From Chthoniobacteraceae bacterium (GTDB lineage Bacteria; Verrucomicrobiota; Verrucomicrobiia; Chthoniobacterales; Chthoniobacteraceae): a stretch of 60,298 bases of DNA. The notes below the pieces were generated by a model that worked only from the letters and a program-made list of their open reading frames with translations, searched no databases and was not told the origin of the DNA. Where the stretch lies: positions 1 through 60,298 of the forward strand of contig JANNWY010000179.1 of NCBI GenBank assembly GCA_031409335.1, written 5' to 3'. Positions 30,252-39,892 of the stretch are shown here, in pieces (positions within the stretch are counted from its first letter, which is position 1; every line of letters begins with the position of its first letter). The position numbers and the translations under genes were made by a program.

Positions 30252-31013
30252 GGAAATGGTGGTGCGCAGGGCGTGGATGCGCCGCGCGAGTTCCGCACGC
30301 GGGAGGTAGGTGGTGCGGACGGACCACCACAGCCGCGCGAGGCCGCGCGGGAGGACGAAGCGTTTTTCGAACAGCGCGATGATGTCGTCGCGTCCGTAGG
30401 CGCTGAGGAATGCGGTCGCGCAGGGCACCCAGCGATCGGCGGCGATGCGGCCCATGAGATCCTGGAGGAAAACGAGGAGGTCATCCGCGTGGCGCTGGTC
30501 GGCGGGCAACGCGCTGTGGTGCCGCACCTCGAAGTCGATCAAACGCGCGCGGCCGTCGTCCGCGTTGAAGATGAAATTTCCCGAATGCGGATCGCCGTGG
30601 GACCACGCGGCTCCGAACGCATCGCAGTGCCACTCGTGCGCGAGACGCAAATCGCGGCCCGCCGCGGCAAGCATTTCCTCGGAAAGCGTCGCGGCGTCGA
30701 GGTGGTGGGAAAGGCTGCGGCCGGGCAACTCGTCGGCAGCCACGGCGTCGTCGCCGCAGCGGAATGCGCGATGCGTTTCCCCGTGAAAATGGCGGAAGCA
30801 GTCCACCTCCCAAGCCTGCCAGGCCGCGCCGCTCAGAGTCGCGACGGGGTTTCCGACGAGATCGAAAAAGCGGTTTGCGAGCGCCGCGACCGGACGCGCG
30901 ATGGGGCGGCGGCGCTTGATCCAGACCGCGCGCCCATCCCGCATTTCGCGGGTGACGGCGTTGATTTTGATGCGATCGACGATCGCACCAGCGGCTGTGA
31001 GCAAACGACTCAT
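30234..31013 (-). CDS. Phosphotransferase/kinase-like protein
   Basis: WIKRR, HGDPHSGN and LIDFE kinase-like motifs. Confidence 0.65.
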   Translation of the reverse strand: MSRLLTAAGAIVDRIKINAVTREMRDGRAVWIKRRRPIARPVAALANRFFDLVGNPVATLSGAAWQAWEVDCFRHFHGETHRAFRCGDDAVAADELPGRSLSHHLDAATLSEEMLAAAGRDLRLAHEWHCDAFGAAWSHGDPHSGNFIFNADDGRARLIDFEVRHHSALPADQRHADDLLVFLQDLMGRIAADRWVPCATAFLSAYGRDDIIALFEKRFVLPRGLARLWWSVRTTYLPRAELARRIHALRTTISSLAAA

Positions 31014-31154
31014 TCCGGCACACGATATGCATTGACGGCAGGCGCGGGAAGCCGCGATCCACTTTCAAATCCAACGCTATCGGGAAATGCCACAAATACG
31101 CGATCGACTATTGCCATAGTGCCGCCCCCGGCTACCCTCTCGCCCGAGTCCTCC

Positions 31155-32024
31155 ATGCGCCACCGTTTTCTCCCGTTGCTCCTATCGGCCGCCAGCCTCG
31201 GAGTTTTCGTCGCTACAGGTCGCGGCGCGACGACATCGTCGGGGCCGGAAAATGCGTTCAGAACCGGGGCGGCGTTGCGCTTTTCACCGGAGGTCGAAGA
31301 GGAGTCGCAGGCGCTCCGTCAGTCGCTTTTCAAAAACCCGTCGCTCGGGGTGATCGAGCCGCGATCCCGTCCGCAAACGCTGCCCGCCCGCCCACGCACT
31401 CCCGCCGCTCCGCAGCCATCGCGCCCGCCAGCGCGCTCTCCGGTGATCGCGCCGCCGCCGCAGCCGCGCGAGATCTCGCTGGCGATCCGGGAGCTCACGC
31501 TTCAGCCGGCGGTTTCCACGCCATATGACCGTTACAGCGGCACGGTGCGTACGGTCATAGCGCGGGTGAATCGTGAACCGCCGAGCATGACGCGGGTGCG
31601 CGCGCTGATGGATGAGGCGCACGACTTTCGCTATCGGATGGCCCATCCTTACCTGGCGGCGCTGCCGGAGAACACGGCGGCGGCGCGGGCGGGCGATTGC
31701 AAGGCAAAGGCGCTCTGGCTTTACGACCAGCTCGGCGATTCGTCGGCGTTTTACGTGATCGGGAAAACGTTCAAGGGCGCTAAGTCGAACCATGCGTGGC
31801 TCTACTGGCGCTGCGATTCGCGGTGGTGGATTCTCGACCCGACCAATCGCTCGACGCCCATCCCGGCAGACAGCATTCCCAACAATCGCTACGAGCCATG
31901 GTATTCGTTTGGAAAAGGCGGTGCCTATCGCCATCGCGTGTCGTGGATCGGACTGGTGAACTCCGCGCCCGGCGCGCCTGCGGTGAGCGCACCCGGCAGC
32001 AGGGCGCGCGTGGCGCGGAAGTAA
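31155..32024 (+). CDS. Exported transglutaminase-like cysteine protease (BTLCP/LapG-like) with Pro-rich linker
   Basis: AGDCKAKA, NHAWL and WILDPT give a Cys-His-Asp triad; signal peptide. Confidence 0.65.
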   Translation: MRHRFLPLLLSAASLGVFVATGRGATTSSGPENAFRTGAALRFSPEVEEESQALRQSLFKNPSLGVIEPRSRPQTLPARPRTPAAPQPSRPPARSPVIAPPPQPREISLAIRELTLQPAVSTPYDRYSGTVRTVIARVNREPPSMTRVRALMDEAHDFRYRMAHPYLAALPENTAAARAGDCKAKALWLYDQLGDSSAFYVIGKTFKGAKSNHAWLYWRCDSRWWILDPTNRSTPIPADSIPNNRYEPWYSFGKGGAYRHRVSWIGLVNSAPGAPAVSAPGSRARVARK

Positions 32025-32144
32025 TTTACGGGACGGTTTGGGAAGCGGAAGTGTCGCGCGAAACAGCGCGAACGCATCAAACTCGGAGCTGTCATTTCGA
32101 TGCGATCGCCCTGCTGGGTGAAACGCTTTCTGTTTTCCCAATCG

Positions 32145-34508
32145 CTACGCGGTCGCCTGCGCCGTCCGCTTCACTTCCGCGCGGAGGCTGCTGCCGCCTT
32201 TGCGACCGCTCCACCACAGCACCACCGGCGCGGCAATGAAGATCGACGAGTAGGTGCCGACGAGCACGCCAACGAGGATCGCGAATGCGAAATCATTCAG
32301 CACCGGGCCACCGAAAATGTAGAGGCCGATCGTGGTGAGCAAGGTAACGCCGCCGGTGAGCAATGTCCGGCTGAGCATTTCGTTGATGCTCAGGTTCATG
32401 ATTTCGAGGATGCTCCCGCGTCGTCCGTTGTGGATGCCTTCGCGGATGCGGTCGAAAACGACGATCGTGTCATTCACCGAATAACCCGCGATCGTGAGCA
32501 CCGCGCCGACGATGATGAGCGAAAGCTCGCGGCCAAACAGCGCGAACGCGCCGATCGTGATGATGACATCGTGCAGCAGCGCGACGAGCGCGCCAAGCGC
32601 GAAGCTGAATTCAAACTGGATGGTGACGTAGATCAGGATGCCGATCATGCCGAGCACGAGCGCAATCACGGAATTCCTCAGCAACTCCGAGCCGATCACG
32701 CTGCCGACACGCTCCAATTGATCCTGCTCGTAAGCCGCCTGCGGGAATTTCATCTGAATTTGTTTTATCACTTTGTCTGCGGTTCCCTCCGGGCTGCGGA
32801 CGGTGAGGTATTCGCGCTCGGTCGATTTTTCGATCTGCACCACGGACTCGCCGATATTGAGTTCGTCGATCGCCGCGCGCACTTCCGCGAGTTCCGGCTT
32901 TGGCCCGCTCGCGACCATCACCAGACGATCACCACCCTTGAAATCGACGCCGAGGAATCGGTCGCCACGGAAGACCATCACTCCGATGCAAGCTGCCATG
33001 ATGACGATCGAGGCGGTGATCGCGATCCTGCGTTTGCCGAGAAAGTCGAAGTTCGTCGCGCTGATGAGGCTCGACATTTTCACCTTCTTCAAAACGCCGG
33101 TGGTGAGCGCCCAATCGAAGAGATTGCGCGTGACGATCAGCGCGCTGAAGAGCGAGGCAACGATGCCCATCGTCAGCGTCACCGCGAATCCTTTCACCGG
33201 CCCGGTCGCTTTCCAAAAGAGGATCACCGCAGTGATGAGCGTGGTGACGTTGGAATCGAAGATCGCCGTGAACGCCTTGTCGAAACCGGCGGCGACGGCG
33301 GCTTTCACGGGTTTTCCCTCGGCGATTTCCTCGCGGATGCGCTCGTAGATGAGCACGTTCGCATCAATCGCCATGCCGAGCGTGAGGATGAGGCCCGCGA
33401 TGCCGGGCAGGGTGAGCACGGTGCCGAACATGCCCATCGCGCCGAACAGCACGATGACGTTCACGAACAGCGCGAGATTCGCTAGCACGCCGGAGAAGCG
33501 GTAATACGCGAGCACACAGAAAATGGTGAGCACGATGCCAAGCATCCCGGAATTCACACCGCTCTTGATCGCGTCCGCGCCGAGCGTGGCGCTCGCGCTG
33601 CGCTCCGCTTCGACCTTCACCGGGGTAGCCAGTGGGTTTTCCAAAACGCTGGCGAGATTGCGCGCCTCCTGTTCGCTGAAGCGGCCGGTGATCTGCGCAT
33701 TTCCCTCCCACATCGCCTGCCGGATCTCCGGCGCTGAAACGACGACGCCGTCGAGCATGATCGCCAACTGATCGCCAACATGTGCCGCTGTCGTTTCCCC
33801 CCAGAGCTTGGTGCCGACGCTGTTGAATTTCAGGCTGACGCCCCAGCCATCCGTGTCAAAAAATGCAAACGCGGATTCCACGCCGCTGCCCGGCACGTCC
33901 ACCTTCTTCTTCACCAGCAACTGGCGGTCGAATTTCTTACCTTCGCGCTCGTCCTCGTAATTCTCCACGCGATACGCGGGATCGGGCGCCATCTCCCCTG
34001 CGATGATCTGCGCGCTGTTGCGATGCACGAGGCGGAAGTCGAGTTTCGCGACCTTTTGCAACTGCTGCCGCGTCTCGGCCAGCTTCTCCGCACTGAGCCC
34101 GGGAATCTGCACCAGAATCCGATCCGTGCCGGACGGCGTGATGATCGGTTCGCTGGTGCCCATCTTGTCCACGCGCTTGCGGATGACCTCGACCGCCTGA
34201 TCCACCATCGTCGAGGTGATCTCCTTCTTCTTCCCGCTTTCATCCACTTCGGCGACGAGGCTGATGAGAAAGGAGGTGCCGCCTTTCAAATCCAAACCGA
34301 GCGGGATCTTGCCGGGCTGCACGATCTCACCCGCCGCGTTCTTCACATCAAACGGCGGATACGCCGAGTGGATCGCCAGCGCGAGGACGCACAGCGTGAT
34401 GATCGTGCCGAGGATACGCTTCACGCGCTCGCTTTCCGTCGCGAAATACCAGCCGAAGAGGGCCAGCAGCAACATGCCGGCGCCGAAGATGAGCATATTC
34501 GGATTCAT
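32145..34508 (-). CDS. secDF: Protein translocase subunit SecDF (fused)
   Basis: LGLDLKGG, GMAIDANVLIYERIREE, GVDFKGG, GYSVNDTIVVFDRIRE. Confidence 0.95.
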   Translation of the reverse strand: MNPNMLIFGAGMLLLALFGWYFATESERVKRILGTIITLCVLALAIHSAYPPFDVKNAAGEIVQPGKIPLGLDLKGGTSFLISLVAEVDESGKKKEITSTMVDQAVEVIRKRVDKMGTSEPIITPSGTDRILVQIPGLSAEKLAETRQQLQKVAKLDFRLVHRNSAQIIAGEMAPDPAYRVENYEDEREGKKFDRQLLVKKKVDVPGSGVESAFAFFDTDGWGVSLKFNSVGTKLWGETTAAHVGDQLAIMLDGVVVSAPEIRQAMWEGNAQITGRFSEQEARNLASVLENPLATPVKVEAERSASATLGADAIKSGVNSGMLGIVLTIFCVLAYYRFSGVLANLALFVNVIVLFGAMGMFGTVLTLPGIAGLILTLGMAIDANVLIYERIREEIAEGKPVKAAVAAGFDKAFTAIFDSNVTTLITAVILFWKATGPVKGFAVTLTMGIVASLFSALIVTRNLFDWALTTGVLKKVKMSSLISATNFDFLGKRRIAITASIVIMAACIGVMVFRGDRFLGVDFKGGDRLVMVASGPKPELAEVRAAIDELNIGESVVQIEKSTEREYLTVRSPEGTADKVIKQIQMKFPQAAYEQDQLERVGSVIGSELLRNSVIALVLGMIGILIYVTIQFEFSFALGALVALLHDVIITIGAFALFGRELSLIIVGAVLTIAGYSVNDTIVVFDRIREGIHNGRRGSILEIMNLSINEMLSRTLLTGGVTLLTTIGLYIFGGPVLNDFAFAILVGVLVGTYSSIFIAAPVVLWWSGRKGGSSLRAEVKRTAQATA

Positions 34509-34518
34509 TGAAAAAAGA

Positions 34519-34887
34519 TCAGGATTTCACCACGGTCGCCAGCGGCTCCGCTTTGCTGTTGTCTGCGTTCACCACGGTCGCGACCGCCGACTTGTCGATC
34601 TCGATTTTCACGTTGTCGGCGATCTTCAGGATCAACGTCGAGCCGTCCTTCACATTCGCCACCGTGCCGTAAATGCCGCCCGTCGTGACGACGCGATCAC
34701 CGGTCTTCAGCGCGGAAACCCGCGCCAGCAGCTCCTTCTGCTTCTTCGCCTGCGGGCGGATGCTCATGAAGTAGATCAGCGCGAACGCGAACGCCATCCA
34801 CACCATCATATTCATCCCCTGCATCCCCGTGTCGGCGGGCTTCGGCGCGGGGGTTTGGGCGAGGATCAAAAAAATCGCTGAATTCAT
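34519..34887 (-). CDS. yajC: Preprotein translocase subunit YajC
   Basis: YFMSIRPQAKKQK, LKTGDRVVTTGGIYGTV. Confidence 0.93.
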   Translation of the reverse strand: MNSAIFLILAQTPAPKPADTGMQGMNMMVWMAFAFALIYFMSIRPQAKKQKELLARVSALKTGDRVVTTGGIYGTVANVKDGSTLILKIADNVKIEIDKSAVATVVNADNSKAEPLATVVKS

Positions 34888-35063
34888 GCGTAAAAAATCC
34901 GTTCTCCAGACGGAGGGTTGAGCCGCCGGGAAAAAGGGACGGAAGGTTATGCGTCGCCCTTGGTTTGTCCACGGAATTCTCCGGGGTGAAAATTGGCGGC
35001 CACCGCGGTTTCGCGCGGCATAGATTGCGACCCCGGCAGCGCCGCCGCCGCCCGCGGCAGGAC

Positions 35064-36626
35064 TCAGGCCGCCTCGGTTTCCGCAGCCGCCCCGTCGTGC
35101 AGCACGCGGCTCACGGCTTCCAGGAGCTGCCGCGAAAAGTAGGGCTTCGGCAGATAGTTCACGCCTTCCCGCAGATCGCTCCCGGAGTCGAAAAGCTCCA
35201 CGTTGTAGCCGCTGCTGAAAAGGATTCTGCCGCCGGGCCGGTCCACCTTGAAGCATTCCGCGACATCCGTCCCGGAAAGTCCCCCGGGCATCACCATGTC
35301 CGTGAGCAGCAGATCGATTTCACCGGCGAATCCGCGCCACGCCGTGATCGCCTGATGGCCATCCGCGGCATCGAGAATGTGGTAGCCGGCTTCCTGCAGG
35401 ACTTCCCGCGCCAGGCTGCGGATATCCTCGTCGTCATCGACGAGCAGCACCACCGGCGCGGAGTCCGCGGACGCGGCTTTCTTCGCTTCGCCGGTGGCGG
35501 CCGCATCCCCCTTTTCCACCACCTGCATCCGGCTGAAGGCGAGCAGTTGCCGCGTGAGCTCCGCGGCGCGCTGATCCGCTTGGCGCACTTCTTTCTGGAG
35601 CTGTCCGATCCGGCTGTCGTGCGTCGATTTCACCACCTGAAGTCTGGTGTGCTCCTCGATCGCAGCGACCAGACCTTTCACCTCCTCGACATTGTCCGAC
35701 TCGCGAAAGCCATCCTTCACGATCGCGACCAAATGCCGCCCGGCGGCCCGGTCAAACGGCTCGATCCAGAGCAGCCCTTCCCGCAGCGCGCCATCCATCG
35801 GCGCGAGCTGGCAGTCGCGCTGCCGCACCGCGCGCCCGTGCGCGAGTTCGCCCATCGCGTCGAGCCGCGCCCTCGTGTCGATGCACAAGCCCGCCTCCCA
35901 CACCGAACTGCCAATCACGTTTTCGCGCGTGCGCCCGGTCGCCGCGAGGTAGGCGCGATTCACTTCCAGACAGCGGTGATCGTGCAAGCCGATGATCGCG
36001 ATCGGCAGCGGGCACGCGCCAAAAGTTTCGAAAAGTCGCTCGCCGGATTCCTCGAGCGCCTGCCTCGCAAATTCGCGCCGGGCAGTTTCCACAGCGAGCG
36101 ATTCACCATGCTTCCGCAAATCCTCGACGCGCTCCGTCACGAGTCCGGCGATTTCCTCCGGCAAATTTGGCAGCGCGCGCGTCGCCAGCGACTGCGCGAG
36201 CAGCAGCACCTGCCCGCTGTCGAATGGCTTCCGCAAAACACCGATGCGCCCCGCATTTCCCAGCGTCCGGACGAGTTGATCCACCGAGCCATCGGAGCAG
36301 ACCGTGGCAATAACGATCGCGATCCGCGGATCCATTTCCAAAATGCGCGCAATCGTCTCCGCCCCTTCCCACGCGGGCGGCGTGCGCACATTCACGATCG
36401 CGATCGCATACGGCTGCCCGCCGGCGAGCGCCTGCGCGACTTTCTCCACTCCCTCCTGAGCGCGAAATGCCGAGTCAATTTGAAAACCCGGCAGCGCGGC
36501 CACCGCGAGATCCAGAGTCGCCGGTATCACCGCGCAGAAAATCCTGCGAAGGTCTTCATGAATCGCCGGATCGTCGTGGATCACGAGAATGCGGTTTTGA
36601 CTGGCCGAGGTGTTTGCGGAGTTCAT
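35064..36626 (-). CDS. REC(degenerate)-PAS-partial DHp-REC protein derived from a hybrid histidine kinase, lacking H-box and HATPase
   Basis: RAAELTRQLLAFSR is retained, with no AHDFNN and no N/G1/G2 boxes; C-terminal REC intact (LVDDD, LLLTDMVMPG, KPY). Confidence 0.75.
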   Translation of the reverse strand: MNSANTSASQNRILVIHDDPAIHEDLRRIFCAVIPATLDLAVAALPGFQIDSAFRAQEGVEKVAQALAGGQPYAIAIVNVRTPPAWEGAETIARILEMDPRIAIVIATVCSDGSVDQLVRTLGNAGRIGVLRKPFDSGQVLLLAQSLATRALPNLPEEIAGLVTERVEDLRKHGESLAVETARREFARQALEESGERLFETFGACPLPIAIIGLHDHRCLEVNRAYLAATGRTRENVIGSSVWEAGLCIDTRARLDAMGELAHGRAVRQRDCQLAPMDGALREGLLWIEPFDRAAGRHLVAIVKDGFRESDNVEEVKGLVAAIEEHTRLQVVKSTHDSRIGQLQKEVRQADQRAAELTRQLLAFSRMQVVEKGDAAATGEAKKAASADSAPVVLLVDDDEDIRSLAREVLQEAGYHILDAADGHQAITAWRGFAGEIDLLLTDMVMPGGLSGTDVAECFKVDRPGGRILFSSGYNVELFDSGSDLREGVNYLPKPYFSRQLLEAVSRVLHDGAAAETEAA

Positions 36627-36993
36627 TGGAAAAGCGGTCGAAAAGTTTTGGCACCCAGCCCGGTGTGATCGTCCAAGGGGCAGGATTCCATTTTGAAAAG
36701 CACGCCGGATGCCTCGCGGGAGCCCACGTTGCAATTCCACCCGCAATCCCAATCCCCTTCACGATTCCCGATTCATCCATCAATCTGCCGCCATACCCGT
36801 CATCCTGCTCAAGCTGATCCACCCCGCCCGCGTCGGACCGCTCGCGCGCGCCACGAATTTCGCGTGAACAGGTTCAGCTCTTTTCCGTCCTCCCCGTTCC
36901 CTTTCGCAGTGACAGCACGGCGGCGAGAAAGAGCGGTTCACCCAGGAAAAGTGCAAAAATAGTCTCCCGACCCCAATGGCGCTCGCGAGCGAG

Positions 36994-37290
36994 GCCGAAC
37001 GTCCCAAGTGATGGCAACCTCACTGGAAGCCTGTTGAAAATGTCCCGGACTCCCATTCCAGATTCCTGCTCGTGCTCCTGCCCTTGATCTTGCTCCTCCG
37101 CATCACAGAGTAACCGACCCTCGAATCGGAATCACGATCAGGAGCAGGAGCAAGATCAGGAGCCCACTCCGGGGTTTTTCAACAGGATGCTAGCGGGGGC
37201 GACCGTTGAACGCGGGGTTGCGATTGTAGCTCCGGGAAACATCGCCGACAGAGCGGCTAGTGATGGTTACCCAGCCGCGCCTTGTTCGGC
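36994..37290 (-). other. attC-like recombination site (~130 bp when restored) interrupted by MITE B
   Basis: Minus strand GCCGAAC just after the gene stop ... GTTCGGC; arms GGTAACCATCACTAG / CTAGTGAGGTTGCC pair once the insert is removed. Confidence 0.7.
37027..37189. mobile_element. ~163 bp MITE-like element B, copy 1
   Basis: TIRs AAGCCTGTTGAAAA / TTTTCAACAGGATG, flanked by CTGG/CTAG (probable CTAG duplication); internal hexamer-repeat hairpin (CTCCTG/CAGGAG). Confidence 0.75.
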
Positions 37291-37298
37291 TTGTGTGG

Positions 37299-38039
37299 CT
37301 ATCTCCATGTGTATTTGATGGGATTGGCTGCTCCTCGCTTGCGGAACTTATCTGGGACTCGCTTGTTCACGTATGAAGCCTGAATGGCCACCGGTGCCTC
37401 TCGACCAACAAAGCCAAGCCGTCCGGGCATATCGGTGCGCCCCGGAAAATTCTCTGCGGTGGCATCAAGCCAATCGCTAGCAATAAAAGCTCCTACGATC
37501 AATCCTTGCAAAGTGGCCAAAATAACTTCCGCCTCCATTGCCTTGATCTTGCTAATCTTCCATGCAAATCGCGTGGCTTCGTAGAGGGAGGACTCTGACG
37601 CGCTTCGGTTGACGCTAATCAATAGAGCCCGATGGCGAAAGACCGCAGGCTTTGCGGAATATCTCCGAACAATCTCCTTAGCGTACATCGTTCCAAAGTC
37701 GGAACTACCAGCGCCTCCGGCAATGTTGGTCAAACCCGGATACGCGTCAATCAGCGCGGCCTCCACCTCAAATGCCATTTTCTCGTCCATCCCGTGCCGA
37801 TGTATCACATGGGCCACCTCAAAGCCAGTGAGGCGAATCTCCCTGATGCGTTTAACCTTGTTGCCAATATCGTCGCCTTCAAAATTCTGCTCGGCGTGAA
37901 TATGTGAAAACACACGGTTGCCTTGGCCCTTGCCGATGTAAAACGTCTCACCATTCCGTGGATCGATTAGCCTATAGACGTAGGTCTTGAGCCGCTGAAT
38001 GACGTGCGAAGGGAAAAGGCCGGTTTCGGATTGGTTCAT
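37299..38039 (-). CDS. LEM-3-like GIY-YIG nuclease, in a gene cassette
   Basis: YVYRLIDPRNGETFYIGKG.GNR, AFEVEAALID, LTN; visibly more AT-rich than its flanks. Confidence 0.85.
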   Translation of the reverse strand: MNQSETGLFPSHVIQRLKTYVYRLIDPRNGETFYIGKGQGNRVFSHIHAEQNFEGDDIGNKVKRIREIRLTGFEVAHVIHRHGMDEKMAFEVEAALIDAYPGLTNIAGGAGSSDFGTMYAKEIVRRYSAKPAVFRHRALLISVNRSASESSLYEATRFAWKISKIKAMEAEVILATLQGLIVGAFIASDWLDATAENFPGRTDMPGRLGFVGREAPVAIQASYVNKRVPDKFRKRGAANPIKYTWR

Positions 38040-38059
38040 TTAGTTCTGCTCCTATTTCT

Positions 38060-38181
38060 GCTGAACGTCTAAGCGATGAGAACCCTACTACCGGGAGCCA
38101 GCGTTGGACGCAGGGTTGAGGTTGAAATTGTGAGAGGAAATGGTCGGAAGTATATTCGTGCGGGCCGCGGCGGAGAGTTGA
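38060..38181 (-). other. Upstream attC-like site (right part only) ending in core GTTCAGC
   Basis: Minus strand ...CAACCTCAACCCTGCGTCCAACGCTGGCTCCCGG...CATCGCTTAGACGTTCAGC resembles the downstream site; followed by AGGAG and ATG 38039. Confidence 0.65.
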
Positions 38182-38280
38182 GGGTCCGTGCATATGTGTA
38201 ACAGCCACATTCGCTCGCTTCACCGAATTGCTACTATCGGCTAACCCTTAGTTTTCCCGCAAACATGCACGGCATGACCC
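38182..38280. mobile_element. MITE-like element A, copy 2
   Basis: Colinear with 537-629 (GGTCCGTGCATATGTG...CACCGAATTGCTACTATCG...ACATGCACGG). Confidence 0.7.
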
Positions 38281-38309
38281 TAAGACTGAACCTAATGGCA
38301 CTCGCTCCC

Positions 38310-39560
38310 TTACTTTTTTTCGAGCCCTTTCGAGGGTTGGATACCGGAGGCATTCGACGGCATCGGCGTCGGGCCTGGAATGGGTGTTGGCGGGGCTGCG
38401 ATCGGCGGCGGGGCCTGGATGCGGTGCCGGGCCAAGTGCAGGGCACCCGCCGTCAGCGCGGCGGCGAAGATCACGAGCGCGACTTGCCTGGCCCATGGCG
38501 AAGGTTCGCGCACTGCTTCCGGCAACACGATCCGGACAGGTGTCGGCGGCAGCGGAGTTTCCGCTGGAAGCAGTGTGTGCAGGACCTTCATGCTTTCGGT
38601 GCCGCGGCCATCGAGCGGAGGAAAAGACCGGCGCGTGACGGTTGGCAAAATCGCCGGCGCATGGCGTTCACCCTTTAACGCGGCGACGACTGCGGCACCG
38701 CTCGACGGTCTCGCGGCGGGATCCTTGTCGAGGCAAGCGGCAACAAGAGATTCCCAGTTTTCGGGGATGGCTGACTTGCCAGTAACGCCCAGGTCGCGGC
38801 GGCGCTCGGCCATCGTCGGCGGGCGCTCCTGCATTACTTGCGGGAGAACGTTGCCGCGAAAGAAAGGCGGCTTGCCGGTAAGTAAATCGAAGAGCGTCGC
38901 TCCGAGCGAATAGAGATCGTCGAGCGCCGTCGGGCGCTCGCCCATCGCCTGCTGCGGGCTCATGTAAGGCGGCGTGCCGGAGATTTGCGCCTGCACTGAG
39001 ATGCGGTTGAGGGAATCGCTGAGGCTGGCGGCGATGCCGAAGTCCGCGACCTTTAGCCGACCGGCTGCGGTGAGGATGAGATTGGCCGGTTTGAGATCCC
39101 GGTGCGCGATTTTTGCGTCGTGGTGCGCATAGTCGAGCACGGCGCAGAGTTGTTCGATCCACGGAAGAATTTGTGCCGTGTGGAAACATCCGTCCGGCTC
39201 CCGGGCCTTGAGTTCGGATAGCGCGTGGCCTTCCACGTATTCCATGGCGATCGCCGCCCGGACGCCATCGGATTCGAAGCTATGCACGCGGACGATGCCG
39301 GGATGGGCGAGCGCCATTCCACGGAGCACTTCTTTTTTCAAATCGAGAAGCGCCTCGGCATTACCAACGATTGACTCAGGCACGAGCTTCAAGGCGAGCG
39401 GTACGTCGAGCACTTCATCGTGCGCGAGAAAAACCACGCCCATGCCACCGCGTCCGATTTCCCGCTGGATGCGGTAGCGACCGAACAAGCGGATCGGTTC
39501 ATTGCCTTGCGCGACCGTCGCTTCGGCGTCGGAGGGATCGGGAAGTGATGACACGCTCAT
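38310..39560 (-). CDS. Hanks-type Ser/Thr protein kinase with TM helix, possibly C-terminally truncated
   Basis: IGRGGMG, ALK, HRDLKPAN, DFG, GTPPYMSP, DLYSLG. Confidence 0.9.
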   Translation of the reverse strand: MSVSSLPDPSDAEATVAQGNEPIRLFGRYRIQREIGRGGMGVVFLAHDEVLDVPLALKLVPESIVGNAEALLDLKKEVLRGMALAHPGIVRVHSFESDGVRAAIAMEYVEGHALSELKAREPDGCFHTAQILPWIEQLCAVLDYAHHDAKIAHRDLKPANLILTAAGRLKVADFGIAASLSDSLNRISVQAQISGTPPYMSPQQAMGERPTALDDLYSLGATLFDLLTGKPPFFRGNVLPQVMQERPPTMAERRRDLGVTGKSAIPENWESLVAACLDKDPAARPSSGAAVVAALKGERHAPAILPTVTRRSFPPLDGRGTESMKVLHTLLPAETPLPPTPVRIVLPEAVREPSPWARQVALVIFAAALTAGALHLARHRIQAPPPIAAPPTPIPGPTPMPSNASGIQPSKGLEKK

Positions 39561-39615
39561 AATTACACGGAACGGCCTGCGCGCCCGTCGAGCGCAAAAG
39601 GCGAAATCCGGAATA

Positions 39616-39739
39616 GGATTCCTGCTCTTGATCTTGATCTTGCTCCTCCGTTTCAAAAAGTAACCAACCGTTGAATTGGGATCAAGATCAGGAGCAAGAG
39701 CAGGAGCAGGAGCCCGCACCGAGGTTTTTCAACAGCCTG
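39616..39739. mobile_element. MITE-like element B, copy 2 (left TIR missing)
   Basis: Colinear with ~37070-37189; ends TTTTTCAACAGCCTG. Confidence 0.7.
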
Positions 39740-39892
39740 CCAGGCATCCCGGAAATCTTCTGCGGACTCGGTCGCGAACTCCACCATCCGCTTCCCATCT
39801 GCCCCGCAATGATGTTCACCTTTGCCCACCTCGCCACACCTGCCTAATTCGCGCGTGCCATCGGCGGTTGTTGAGCTAATACACCAACCATC

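Noticed and set aside
36627..36990. Possible riboswitch or small ORFs (e.g. 36556-36822) in the long spacer upstream of the kinase-derived gene
   Set aside because: I could not recognise a riboswitch consensus or coding signal by eye; an Rfam scan would be needed
37027..39739. CRISPR array reading of the hexamer/heptamer and MITE repeats
   Set aside because: There are no regularly spaced 25-45 bp repeats with unique spacers and no cas genes
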